A stretch of 64,000 nt of DNA from Eledone cirrhosa (Eukaryota). The first letter of the stretch is position 1. The number at the start of each line of letters is the position of its first letter. Made by a program: the position numbers and the translations under genes. Location of the stretch: contig OZ024740.1 of assembly GCA_964016885.1 (NCBI GenBank), positions 409,448,001 to 409,512,000 of the forward strand, given 5' to 3'. Under the pieces are notes generated by a model, which worked only from the letters and a program-made list of their open reading frames with translations, was not told where the DNA came from and did no database searches. Shown here in pieces: positions 41,040 to 54,700 of the stretch.

Positions 41040-41720
41040 ACCCCGTTTGTCAACCACAGTACCACCTACTACCACCACCACCACCAACTACTACTACTAC
41101 TACTACCACCACCTACTACCACCACCACCACCTACTACTACTACTACTACTACTACCCCACCATGACTTAGCTATAAACGTCGCCACTATCCCAACCACC
41201 ATATCCACTTCAATAGACTGTATTCAATATACCGCCTCCACTGCTACCACCACTACTGCTACTACCACCACTACTGCTACCACCACCGCCTCCACTGCTG
41301 CTACCACTACTGCTACTACCACCACTACTGCTACCACCACCGCCTCCACTGCTACCACCACTACTGCTACCACTACCGCCTCCACTGCTACCACCACTAC
41401 TGCTACTACCACTACTGCTACCACTACCGCCTCCACTGCTACCACTACCACCACTACTGCTACCACTACCGCCTCCACTGCTACCACTACCACCACTACT
41501 GCTACTACCACTACTGCTACCACTACCGCCTCCACTGCTACCACTACCACCACTACTGCTACCACCACTACTGCTACCACTACCGCCTCCACTGCTACCA
41601 CCATTACTGCTACTGCTACCACCACTACTGCTACCACTACCGCCTCCACTGCTACCACCATTACTGCTACCACTACCACCACTACTGCTACCACCACTAC
41701 TGTTACCACTACCACCGCTA
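41040..41720. repeat. (CAC/TAC)-derived cryptic tandem repeat
   Basis: Recurrent ACCGCCTCCACTGCT anchors separated by variable ACC/ACT triplets. Confidence 0.9.
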
Positions 41721-41945
41721 ACAGCATCATATCCTTATCTCCCCTCACACTACTATCACTATTACCTCCTATACTATCACCGCCACTATTGTTTTTACCC
41801 CCTCATCCACCTCTTCAACAATCTCACCAAATACGACCACCAACTCCCCTTCACTAACACCATCACTTCCACTCCTGCTATTAAATACAATCCCTCCTAC
41901 TACTACTCCTCCTATAAACACTGGTCATAACAACTACAGCTTCTA

Positions 41946-42120
41946 TTGGCAGTATCGGTAGAGGGTCGGACGCCATGCTTTCCAGCATAGTTACGCCCCT
42001 TTACGGTCTGAGTTCAAATCCCGTCGAGGTTAACTTTGCCTTTCATCCTTACGGGGTCGATAAAATAAAGTACCAGTAATGCACTGGGTAATTGCTGGCC
42101 TTGTGCCAAAAATAAAACCA
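41946..42120 (+). mobile_element. tRNA-derived SINE
   Basis: SINE consensus match; partial copy also at 42587-42725. Confidence 0.85.
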
Positions 42121-42262
42121 TTAAATCTATCATCACATGACTATCCCACATGACTTCTAGCACGACAACGACCTCCTCTACTTCTAAATACAATCGCAAC
42201 TGCTACTAAGCACCACCCACATTATACTATTACTGATTATACATATTACTAATCCCCGCTCC

Positions 42263-42297
<35 letters not shown>

Positions 42298-42351
42298 CAA
42301 CAACAACAACACCCCACCATCACCGCTACTACTACTACTATTATAACAACA

Positions 42352-42386
<35 letters not shown>

Positions 42387-42728
42387 CAACAACAACAACA
42401 ACAATACCCCCACCATCACCGCTACTATACTACTACTTCCACAACCACCACCAACACAATCACCACCAACGCCCCACCACCACCACAACCACTACCACCA
42501 CCACCACCAACACAACTACCACCACCACTACTACCACCACCCCACCACCACCACCACTATTACTACTACCACCTACATTATACGCTACGTTCTGAGTTCA
42601 AATCCCGCCGAGGTTAACTTTGCCTTTCATCCTTACGGGTCGATAAAAAAATGTACCAGTAATACACACTGGAGTCAATTTAATCAACTTTCACCTTGCC
42701 CAAATTTGTTGGCCTTGTGCATAAAATC

Positions 42729-42928
42729 CAGGAGTGGTGGAAACATTTCTGAATTGTGGGAAGGGGATTTGGACAATTTGGTGTAGTGATTAATTTAGTT
42801 CTAAAATTGTCAGAAACATGTACATAAATTGTAGCGTATATCCAAATAGATGTTTGTTTTGGTTGTTTGGGGAGAAAATATAATTATTGGAGGGTGGCAG
42901 CCCCCTCCCCCAGTTCCACCGCCACTGT
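42729..42928. mobile_element. hAT-like MITE
   Basis: CAGGAGTGGTGGAA ... TTCCACCGCCACTG ends; partial relatives at 49850-49940 and 20035-20100; no clear TSD. Confidence 0.55.
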
Positions 42929-43278
42929 ATATATATAATTCTAAAAAAGTATGCTCTGTGCCTTTTCCTAAGGGGTTAATGTATTGAGTTTCTTCGCATT
43001 TGGTAAGAAACATTCCTTATTGTAGGTCGACTTTGCTTGGCCACAGCCAAAGCTTCGATTTTATTAAGATTCCACTTTCTGTTGCTTAAACCATTTTGTT
43101 TGTTTACCCTAGCGTCCCCTTTATTTACGTGTCCCAACGACTTTTTTTAGCCGTTGCTCGCACCAACCTGAGGTATATGGCCTTTAATGCGACGAAATGC
43201 CTACGACGGTTGGCAGGCCACTGATGAGGACAAACTTTTTCCTATGTAACCCATTTGCAGCGCCGCAGCTCCATTATT

Positions 43279-43343
<65 letters not shown>

Positions 43344-44201
43344 ATGTGTGTATGTATGTATTTCACTTGCGCAATCACAGGATTACCAGTCTTGTTTGGT
43401 GAGTACGCAGGTGAGACTCCAGAGTAAAAAGGCTTAACCATAATAAATGAATATTTAAACTCTACTTCGGTATTGAGTTTTCATTCTTACGTCCGTCAAT
43501 AATTCACGTACTCTTAAGTCTTGAATAATCCCCCCCCCCCCCCCCGCTTATTAATGAGTCAGAATTTTTTACACCAACCCACTCTGCCGGTTTATATTCC
43601 ACCCCCATCCCACACCCGCTTATTAAATTTTGTTTATCTATCTCTGGCGAAATGTTATTGTAAGTGATTCATATTGATACAGCAGCTGGAGAATCTAATA
43701 ATTACTTTATTTTACAATAAAAAAAAAACATTATATATGACAAAAGAAGAACATTACAAGAAATCCCATATTTACGAACGTACACTATATAACTACTGAT
43801 TTCTCAAGCCCTCCTCACCCCATTATTGCCACCCCTCTTATTATTTGGGACCCAAGAGTGCCACCAAACTCTTATTTTTATGTCTATCACAATAAAACTC
43901 TCTTTTAATCCTCCTCTCTGTATCTACTAAAACCAAACTCTCCCCCCTCTCTATATCTACTACACGAAACTATCTTCCAACACCCCTTACTATATCAATT
44001 ACCACTTGATATAGACGTGATTTACTTTGCTCCGGATTTTTACGGATTGTTGTCAAAAAAACTGTGAGTTTATTGCTCAATTTAATAACATTGTTTAGTT
44101 TAACCCCTTGCCTGGGCCGCCAGACGCTGAGTCAACTAATTTGCGCCCCTTTCTGGGGCGAAATTTTCAATTTTCATCTAAAAACTGTAGACTTGGTGGC
44201 A

Positions 44202-45972
44202 ATGGATGCCATTTCCACCTCGCACACTGTCGTGAGTGCCACGCCCACTAAGAAAAGTTGTGGAGGGAAGGTAGGAGTACAAAGCTTGCAGCCTTCCCCC
44301 CTCACATCATCGAAAAACGTGAAAAATATCGAAACCACGAAACCAAACGCGGTAAATAATACCAGCACCAACAACAAGAACAATGACAATAACACCACAA
44401 CCAACAACTGCAACAATAGCAACACCAATATTACCAACAGTGACAGTAACAAAAAGGACAACAACACCAAAACAACATTCGCACAGACCGTAAAAAAAAA
44501 CGAACTATACACGCCAATAGATATAACAAATGCTAAACAACTATTACAAGACGCAAAACAATTCGTGACTTTTGGCGAAAAGGGTGCTTTTAGCATCAAT
44601 TCTCCACAGGTATTACGTAGAGAGGCTGTCCTGAAAACCACAGTATCGAACGAAACAAGAAAACCAGTTCAATTATCACAAAATGAAATTGAGATGGTTC
44701 TAAAAGATGCAATGAAGGACTTAACCTTCATACAAAAAGGTAAACTGTTTGGTAGCATTTCGGTGCTAATGAACAACCAGTCAACAGCTCAAAAGTACTC
44801 GGTAGCATCCATTGTGTCCCCTCACTTCACCTTTTACCCCACATACAGGGGAAAAGGACACAAAGAATAAAAATAATGAGTATCACACCAAATGTAAACA
44901 TTTGGTGGATACTATGTGGAATAATTAACTTTGACGAAGACAAGATAATTTCAATAGGAAAGTCCTCCGGAGGTGTATTTGGTGGGACCACCGTAGAAGT
45001 TCTGGTGCAAATGAGCCCAGAACGAATAGCGAATATCCCACAACGCGTGCCTCTGGACGGGCTAACTTATATAAACATTTCAGTGGAGGGAAGGCGGCCG
45101 TCATGTTACCACTTCTTAAGCAGGGGTCACCTGAGGGCTGCCTGTCCTCAATTAACGAGTAAAAAAAAAAGGCTCTTCTGCCAACCCCGAACACAACAAC
45201 ACAACCACCACCACCACCACCACCACCACCACCACCACAACAACAACAACAACAACCACAACAACACGGAAAAATAACAACACAAAACACTGTTTCACCC
45301 AACCCCTCCCCACCTAAAACAAATACAAAAGCAACCACAACAAAACCCAAAAATATACCCCTCCCCAACAACACGGAAGAGGACTCCGTATCAGTGACGA
45401 CGAGGGAGAAGCCTTTCAACAGGTGAAAAGGAAAAAAAAAAGGCACCACATTAACAAAAATGCCACAAACACACAACCACCAGCACAAACAGAACAAACA
45501 TCACAAATAAAAAACCCACCCCTCCCCAAAACATAACACGTACTACAAAACGCAAAATCGCACAAGAACAACAAACAAAAACAAACACAACACAACAAAA
45601 ACTCTATACATATATTAACAAGAACAATAGAAAGCGATAGAAAATAACCCTTCGGTGGAAACCGAAGGGATCACTTTCACTTACGCAGCGAACAAACCGC
45701 ACCTAATGATGATTAGGGTCCCAACGGAAACCTATGTAACTTTGAAAAAGAACCACCCAATGCATGTGGGGACCAACTGCACCAAACCACATAACAGCGT
45801 CCTATTGAGATGTTTCCCCACCCCCACACCAGACACCCACACCCCACCAAACACCCTAATCCCACCACACACTGATGTCCTCACCCCACCACAAACCACG
45901 ACCCCACCAAACAACCCTACCAACACCCCCATGGAAATTGTGCAGCCTGGTCCCCAGGAGACAAAGAGGTAA
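44202..45972 (+). pseudogene. Tx1-like ORF1, frameshifted
   Basis: EGRRPSCYHFLSRGHLRAACP (degenerate CCHC), aligned to copy A. Confidence 0.75.
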
Positions 45973-46014
45973 GTAATTTCCTTTCCTCTTCCTTCTTACC
46001 TCTTCAGCACCAAC

Positions 46015-49000
46015 ATGGCCAATAGAAGAGTTGGATGTGTGAATGCACGCGGCTTGGGGAAGTCCTGGAAACAGGGCAAACTCTTAAATGACCTCAGGTC
46101 GCACAGAGTGGATGTAATGGTTATTTGCGAGTCCAGGATCAGCAGCGAGCGCCAACTGGCCCCCATCTTCGACGATTTTGAGATCTACGCATCTCTCTGT
46201 CAGCCGAGGACTGGGGGTGGGGTTGTCGTTCTGCTGCGAAAATACCTGGGTCTTGCCACACAGAAGGTACACCTGGACCCGGAGGGTCGACTGGTGGTTT
46301 TAGACGTCGGCAGTGGTGAAGGTGGAGCTTTCAGGCTGGTGGCAGCGTATGCCCCATCTGGGACACCGCGACCGGACTTCTTCCGACGGCTGGAGTATTT
46401 CCTGGGAACGTCTCGCTCCTTGCTTTTAGTGGGGGACTGGAATGGTATCCTGCATGCACGTTGGGACTATGTAGGGGCATGTCCCGATAGAGGGGGGTGT
46501 AACAGCCTCAAACGATTAATCGGCCGATTTGATCTGGCCGATAGATATCGACTAGATTTTCCGACTGTGCCACTGTCGGACGTGGACTAATCGCAGCGAA
46601 CATCTAGGTCGTACCTAGAGAGGTTCCTAGTTAGAAATAAGGATAGGGACATATTAAGCTGTCCACGAATGTTCATGGTTGACTATTCGGATCACAAGTT
46701 GGTGACCGGAGTGGTCAACCTTGATAGAATTCATAGACAGGGACCCGGTTACAGGAAGCTAAACTTGTCTTTACCGACAAACAAAGCTTACAGTAAGCGG
46801 ATTAGCACACTAGTTAAGCAGCGTTTGACGGGTCAATTGTCAACAGCAGGTGGTGGGGCTCTCTCAAGAGAGAAATTAGAATAGAATCGATAGGTTTTAG
46901 TCGGGAATTAGCATCAGATAGGAATAGAACTGAAAGTAAATTAATAAATAGAGTAGACGAGGTGATTAGGAGTGGCAACGTGGCCGGCGTGCTGGCGTCA
47001 AGAACGGCCCTAGACCAGTTCTTTGATGCGGAGCACGACGGCTGCGTTGTCAGGAGTAAAATACGTGCTCTGGGTAACGAGGGAGCCAAAGCTGTTAGCT
47101 GGGCCCGAGTGACAGAGGCAAAAAGTAGAAACAGGTCCACGATTCGGTCTTTGAAGGACCAGGATGGACGCGTGATCCTTGAACCTGAGCGGATGAGCGC
47201 GGCCTTTCAACGGCGCTTTGCACGACTGTTCGGGTGGGGCGGCGGGCCGGGTGGGGCCATGGATTTCGGTCCATACCTCGACGGTCTGGCGCGGCTCTCG
47301 GACGGGGAGGCGAAGTCCTGCGAGAGGCCGATTTCAGCTGCTGAAATAGGGGAAGCGCTGAGCCAATGCGGCAAACGCAAACCTCCGGGTCTCGATGGTC
47401 TACCATACGAACTTTATGTAGCGATGCCGGGCTTGTTCTCCCGTCTCCTCGAAGCGGTCTACTGCAACTGGCAACAGAACGGGAGAATTCCCAGTTCTGT
47501 GACCAAGGGCGTAGTCACGCTGGTGAGGAAGGACGAGAACAAGGGGGATGACATAGATAACTCCAGACCCATAACTCTGCTAAACACAGAGTTAAAGATT
47601 TTGGCCAAGGTGTTAGCGAAGAGGTTGGCGCTTGTCGTCGGGAACCTGGTAGGAGAAGCGCAGACATGCGCAATCCCGTCCAGGTCCATACACGACAACC
47701 TCCACCTCATGCGATACATCGTAGAGAGGGTAGGGAACGAATCCGGCTTTGGTGGGGCCCTGATGAACTTGGATCAATCTAAAGCGTTCGATAGGGTTGA
47801 CCATCGGTACCTGGATGCGGTGCTCGCGGCGGCAGGCTTCGGACCCGTTTTCAGGGGCTGGATTGCTGCAATGCACAGCAGCAACACCTGCTCGAGTGTC
47901 AAGGTGAACGGCTAGTCTCGGAGCCGTTCCAAATCACGCGATCCATTCGACAGGGAAGCCCTCTCTCCTCCCTCCTGTATGTGCTGGCTCTCGAGCCACT
48001 ACTGCGGAAGCTGGAGCTGTTGCAGGGCATCCCCTTGGAACCGGCATTGCGGAAAGCGGCGTCGGCCTACGCCGATGACGTGACAGTAATGGTGTCGTGC
48101 GCCTCGGAAATCGGGCAGATCGGCACCTTACTGGAGAAATATGAAAGGTTCACAGGAGCCAAGCTGAACCGGGACAAGTCCGTCGGTTTGCAACTCGGGA
48201 CGTGGAGGGGCAAAACGATGCCCTCCGACGGCATCGTCGGACGCTGGACGGAGGGAGTGGTGAAGCTGCTCGGGGTCTGGTTCGGACCGGACCTCCAGGT
48301 GGAGAAAAACTGGGACGAGGTAACGGGCAAGGTGTTTGCACTCTCCCAGAAGTGGGCCGAGTGCAAACTATCCCTGAAAGGTCGAGCGGAGGTGGCGAAC
48401 GCTTATATAGCGTCCGTCATCTACTACCACTTGACCGTCGTGCCTTGCCCAGAGAAAACACTCGCCAAAATGGAGCGCGCGCTCTTCCGATTTCTTTGGA
48501 AGAAGCGGGCTCCTTTGGTGAGAAGATCCATCTGCTGTCAACACCCTTCGAACGGAGGGCTGGGGATACCGTGGATGACGATGCGTAGACACGCATTAAG
48601 GCTACGGCACCTCCAGGTATTCCTCACCGGTCAGCCGGTGTGGGCCCTGTTTGTGAGGCGAGCCTTTTCGAGACTCGTCTCACTCACCGAGCTGCAATCC
48701 TGGGTCAAGCAAAGACCGAGAAAAATGGGTGACTGGCACATTGAATGTGCCCAGGCGCTCACGGCCCTCTGGCAAGCGGATCCGGCAATCAGTGGAGACT
48801 CAACCTCAACATTCTATAGAGGGTTGGTGCGCAGTAAGTGCGATGACGCTCTCGGAGAGGCTCTGGGCATGGAGGAAGACGAGCTGGCCAGTCTGTTCGG
48901 TAGGACGTTTGGCCCGGAACCGATGGACAACTTCCAAAAGTCCCTGGCTTGGCAATGTTACCGAGGAGCTCTACCCGTTCGGGACAAGCTCTACAGACAC

Positions 49001-49450
49001 GGGCGCCCGGGTAGGGACCCCTCGAAGAAGATTTGTCCAAGATGCGTGCGTGACGAGGAAACCGTCGCACACGTATTCGTACACTGCCCGGGCGTCGCTG
49101 ACCTGTGGGGCTATGTAGAACGACTACTGTCGCGGGTGGGACCAATCCGGTTGACCACCGAGAACATTGTCACAATCAAACCGCCTCCCCCTTTCAAAAA
49201 CGAAGGAGAGGCGGTTTTCCTCTGTGTGATAGCCATGGCAAAAGAAGTTGTATGGTGGACAAGGTTGAAAGGGCTGAGGTCAGACACCTTTCTCTCCGGC
49301 CAACAACTGGTCTTTTTTTTCAAGTACCACTTTAGAAGAAGGATCAGAATGGAGAGAGAGGTGCTCTACCCCAGCAAGTTTTATGAAAGATGGGTGAAAG
49401 TAGCGAGAATGGCCCGAGTGAATGGGCCTTCTCTCTATATCAGCCTGTAG
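46015..49450 (+). pseudogene. Tx1-like ORF2 (APE-RT-zinc knuckle), frameshifted
   Basis: CVNARGL, YAP, GDWN, SDH, PGLDG, RPITLLN, DQSKAFDRVDH, AYADD, CPRC.RDEETVAHVFVHC. Confidence 0.9.
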
Positions 49451-51151
49451 GTGAGAGAGGAGAAGAATGAGAAGAGGAAGGAAGCACCCGCTCTTTGTGC
49501 TCCTGAAGAGGAGGGTTGCACATTTTTCGGGGGTGTGTGCGACCCATGTCAACGCCCCTCCCTATTGAGGACATCGATTGTTAAATTTAATTTGTTATAT
49601 GTTTTTACACGTCTTTTTAAATGTATGTAAACTCCCCCCTTTGTATTTGTCCCAATCTTTGATGCCCTGGTGGCAAATAAATAGAAATATATATTTACCA
49701 TACAACACTCTCTCTCATTCCCTCTCACTATCCATCACTATCAAACTCTCCCCCTCTATATCAATGACCACCAAATCTCCCCCTCTCTATTAATATCGCT
49801 CCTCTCTGTTTCTACATAACATGTACGTAAATGATAGCACATATACAAATAGATGTGTGTTTTGGTAGTTTGGGAAGAAAATATATTATTATTGGGGGTG
49901 GGGGTGGGCCCATGCCACTCACCCAGTTCCACCGCCCCTGAAATCAGAAACTATTATTATTATTATTATTGTTGTTGTATTTTGAGGAGAGCGTTTAGAC
50001 ATATGTCAATAAAACATTCTACCATATCACTTGAGGCATCACTACGATCACATCTACTACTAAACAGAATCACCACCGCTACTATGAACGCCACACATTC
50101 AATGCCGGATTTAGGACAGATGAGGTCCTGTGCTAATTAGGTTATGAGGCCCCTTTGAACGTTTGACATTTGAAAAACAAATGAAAATTCCTCGTAAAAA
50201 CATTTTGGCAGGATGATGGTTTCTTCCTCTGGCCAACGGGGTCCTGTGCTTAAGCAAACCTAAGCACAGTGGTTAATCAAGTACTGACCACATTATACTG
50301 CCACTTCCATTAACCCTAGTACCATACACTAACATATAACTACGTTGTTGTCAAACCTACTAGATATAGTAGAAACATTCCTTCAAATGGTTTTGATAAA
50401 GAAATGACATATTAACCAGTGTAGTGCTTTACATACAAAAAAGACGAAATGCCTTTCATCACATGTTTGCTCAAGTAGGGTTAATATGGGCCAAACAATA
50501 ACTACAAATATATATAATTGATAAGAATATTAAAAGCAGTAGCGCAAAATCATATTTACATATTCACTAATGCAAACACAATAATATACATCCAGCACTA
50601 CATATGTATGTGTATTTGCGTGAGTGTGAATGTTAAAATGTACCAGAAAGACGGAAGATGACGCCGTCGTAGAATACATAGAGCGATAAAAGCTAAGAGA
50701 CGTTTAGTGGTTTGGTCCAAGTGGCGTGTTGTATCGTTTAGAACATATTTCCATGATGTTCCTTCTGTCAGGAGCTGCGACTGGTAAATAGTATCAATAA
50801 TAGAAAGTCCAATAGAAACATAATTTATAATTTCCTTGGTCCGATCTTTTCATTTCCTGTTAGAAAGAATTCTACAAAATATTCTTTTAGGTGGATTGGC
50901 AGTATCGGTGGAGCGTCGGACAACATGTTTTGCCTTAAAAATAATGTACCAGTAATGCACTGGCTCGATTTAATCGACTTTCTCCTCTCCAAAAATTGTT
51001 GGTCTTGTGCCTAATTCAGAAACCAATATTTTAATTGCCATGTTCAACTGCTATAATCAATGAAAAGTATTCTGGTGTATCTTTCATTGAAAAATATTTT
51101 ACAGAAGTTTCATTTATAAAATGATCAGGAGTAATATTCTTTACGATTTAA

Positions 51152-51572
51152 CCCTTTAGCATTCAAACCGGCCATATCCGGCCAGAATTCTCTCACCGCT
51201 TTCTATTCAAACTGACTGTAACTAGCCACTCATACTGACATTAAGGTATTGTTCTCAAAATAAATGATATCAAAATCTCATAGATTCAATATTATGTGAG
51301 ATAATTATGTGAGATGTGGCCTTTACCACAAAAATACAATATTATATATAGAGTAATATTGGTGGATTGGCAGTATCGGAAGAGGGTCAGACGCCATGCT
51401 TTCTAACATAGTTACGTCCCTTTACGGTCTGAGTTCAAATCCCGTCGAGGTTAACTTTGCATTTCATCCTTAGGGGTCGATAAAATAAAGTACCAGTAAT
51501 GTACTGGGTAATTGCTGGCCTTGTGCCAAAAGTAGAAACAATTATATATAGAGTAATGTAAATGCTAAAGGG
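51152..51572. mobile_element. piggyBac-type MITE (copy 3) with a nested SINE at 51361-51540
   Basis: Perfect TTAA flanks at 51148-51151 and 51573-51576; SINE TSD ATTATATATAGAGTAAT at 51341-51357 and 51541-51557. Confidence 0.9.
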
Positions 51573-51744
51573 TTAACTGTTTTACTTCAGTGAGAGAGCA
51601 TGCATAGCCCTAATTTACGTTGAAATCGAATGGAACCCAACTAGATTAAAACCGTGATCAGGCAGTTGTTAGAGAAGCATGTTGTCTACACTGTTTTAAA
51701 ATAACACTAGAAATATATTCTCATGAAAGATGTTGTTTTATGTT

Positions 51745-54700
51745 GTTTAAGTCTGGTATGCTACTATTTAAGTCTGGTTTAAGTTTGGTATGCTACTATT
51801 TAAGTTTGGTATGCTACTATTTAAGTTTGGTATGCTACTGTTTAAGTCTGGCATGCTACTATTTAAGTTTGGTATGCTACTATTTAAGTTTGGTATGCTA
51901 CTATTTAAGTTTGGTATGCTACTGTTTAAGTCTGGCATGCTACTATTTAAATTTGGCATGCTACTATTTAAGTTTGGTATGCTACTGTTTAAGTCTGGCA
52001 TGCTACTATTTAAGTTTGGTATGCTACTGTTTAAGTCTGGTATGCTACTATTTAAGTTTGGTATGCTACTGTTTAAGTTTGGTATGCTACTGTTTAAGTC
52101 TGGCATGCTACTATTTAAGTTTGGTATGCTACTATTTAAGTTTGGTATGCTACTATTTAAGTTTGGTATGCTACTATTTAAGTTTGGTATGCTACTGTTT
52201 AAGTTTGGTATGCTACTATTTAAGTCTGGCATGCTACTATTTAAGTTTGGTATGCTTCTATTTAAGTTTGGTATGCTACTGTTTAAGTTGGGTATGCTAC
52301 TGTTTAAGTCTGGCATGCTACTATTTAAGTTTGGCATGCTACTATTTAAGTTTGGTATGCTACTGTTTAAGTCTGACATGCTACTATTTAAGTTTGGTAT
52401 GCTACTATTTAAGTTTGGTATGCTACTATTTAAGTTTGGTATGCTACTGTTTAAGTCTGGCATGCTACTATTTAAGTTTGGCATGCTACTATTTAAGTTT
52501 GGTATGCTACTGTTTAAGTCTGGCATGCTACTATTTAAGTTTGGTATGCTACTGTTTAAGTCTGGCATGCTACTATTCAAGTTTGGTATGCTACTGTTTA
52601 AGTCTGGTATGCTACTATTTAAGTTTGGTATACTACTATTTAAGTTTGGCATGCTACTATTTAAGTTTGGTATCCTACTGTTTAAGTCTGGTATGCTACT
52701 ATTTAAGTTTGGTATGCTACTGTTTAAGTTTGGTATGCTACTGTTTAAGTCTGGCATGCTACTATTTAAGTTTGGTATGCTACTATTTAAGTTTGGTATG
52801 CTACTATTTAAGTTTGGTATGCTACTATTTAAGTTTGGTATGCTACTGTTTAAGTTTGGTATGCTACTATTTAAGTCTGGCATGCTACTATTTAAGTTTG
52901 GTATGCTTCTATTTAAGTTTGGTATGCTACTGTTTAAGTTTGGTATGCTACTGTTTAAGTCTGGCATGCTACTATTTAAGTTTGGCATGCTACTATTTAA
53001 GTTTGGTATGCTACTGTTTAAGTCTGACATGCTACTATTTAAGTTTGGTATGCTACTATTTAAGTTTGGTATGCTACTATTTAAGTTTGGTATGCTACTG
53101 TTTAAGTCTGGCATGCTACTATTTAAGTTTGGCATGCTACTATTTAAGTTTGGTATGCTACTGTTTAAGTCTGGCATGCTACTATTTAAGTTTGGTATTC
53201 TACTGTTTAAGTCTGGCATGCTACTATTTAAGTTTGGTATGCTACTGTTTAAGTCTGGTATGCTACTATTTAAGTTTGGTATACTACTATTTAAGTTTGG
53301 CATGCTACTATTTAAGTTTGGTATCCTACTGTTTAAGTCTGGTATGCTACTATTTAAGTTTGGTATGCTACTGTTTAAGTTTGGTATGCTACTGTTTAAG
53401 TCTGGCATGCTACTATTTAAGTTTGGTATGCTACTATTTAAGTTTGGTATGCTACTATTTAAGTTTGGTATGCTACTATTTAAGTTTGGTATGCTACTGT
53501 TTAAGTTTGGTATGCTACTATTTAAGTCTGGCATGCTACTATTTAAGTTTGGTATGCTTCTATTTAAGTTTGGTATGCTACTGTTTAAGTTTGGTATGCT
53601 ACTGTTTAAGTCTGGCATGCTACTATTTAAGTTTGGCATGCTACTATTTAAGTTTGGTATGCTACTGTTTAAGTCTGACATGCTACTATTTAAGTTTGGT
53701 ATGCTACTATTTAAGTTTGGTATGCTACTATTTAAGTTTGGTATGCTACTGTTTAAGTCTGGCATGCTACTATTTAAGTTTGGCATGCTACTATTTAAGT
53801 TTGGTATGCTACTGTTTAAGTCTGGCATGCTACTATTTAAGTTTGGTATACTACTGTTTAAGTCTGGTATTCTACCATTTAAGTTTGGTATCCTACTGTT
53901 TAAGTCTAGTATGCTACTATTTAAGTTTGGTATGCTACTGTTTAAGTTTGGTATGCTACTGTTTAAGTTTGGTATGCTACTGTTTAAGTCTGGCATGCTA
54001 CTATTTAAGTTTGGCATGCTTCTATTTAAGTTTGGTATCCTACTGTTTAAGTCTGGTATGCTACTATTTAAGTTTGGTATACTACTATTTAAGTTTGGCA
54101 TGCTACTATTTAAGTTTGGTATCCTACTGTTTAAGTCTGGTATGCTACTATTTAAGTTTGGTATACTACTGTTTAAGTTTGGTATGTTACTGTTTAAGTC
54201 TGGCATGCTACTATTTAAGTTTGGTATGCTACTATTTAAGTTTGGTATGCTACTATTTAAGTTTGGTATGCTACTATTTAAGTTTGGTATGCTACTGTTT
54301 AAGTTTGGTATGCTACTATTTAAGTCTGGCATGCTACTATTTAAGTTTGGTATGCTACTATTTAAGTTTGGCATGCTTCTATTTATGTTTGGTATGCTAC
54401 TGTTTAAGTTTGGTATGCTACTGTTTAAGTCTGGCATGCTACTATTTAAGTTTGGTATGCTACTATTTAAGTTTGGTATGCTACTATTTAAGTTTGGTAT
54501 GCTACTGTTTAAGTCTGGCATGCTACTATTTAAGTTTGGTATGCTACTGTTTAAGTCTGACATGCTACTATTTAAGTTTGGTATGCTACTATTTAAGTTT
54601 GGTATGCTACTATTTAAGTTTGGTATGCTACTGTTTAAGTCTGGCATGCTACTATTTAAGTTTGGCATGCTACTATTTAAGTTTGGTATGCTACTGTTTA

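Larger units (their letters stand above)
44010..49690 (+). mobile_element. Near-full-length L1/Tx1-clade retrotransposon (copy B, decayed)
   Basis: ORF1 + ORF2 fragments homologous to copy A; 3' end ..GTGGCAAATAAATAGAAAT matches the copy A 3' end. Confidence 0.92.

Noticed and set aside
41224-41748. Val/Ala-rich membrane-like or Thr-rich mucin-like ORF
   Set aside because: Triplet-derived low-complexity repeat with no splice or domain support
43160-43240. CTGATGA and GAAA boxes
   Set aside because: Could not assemble consistent stems by eye
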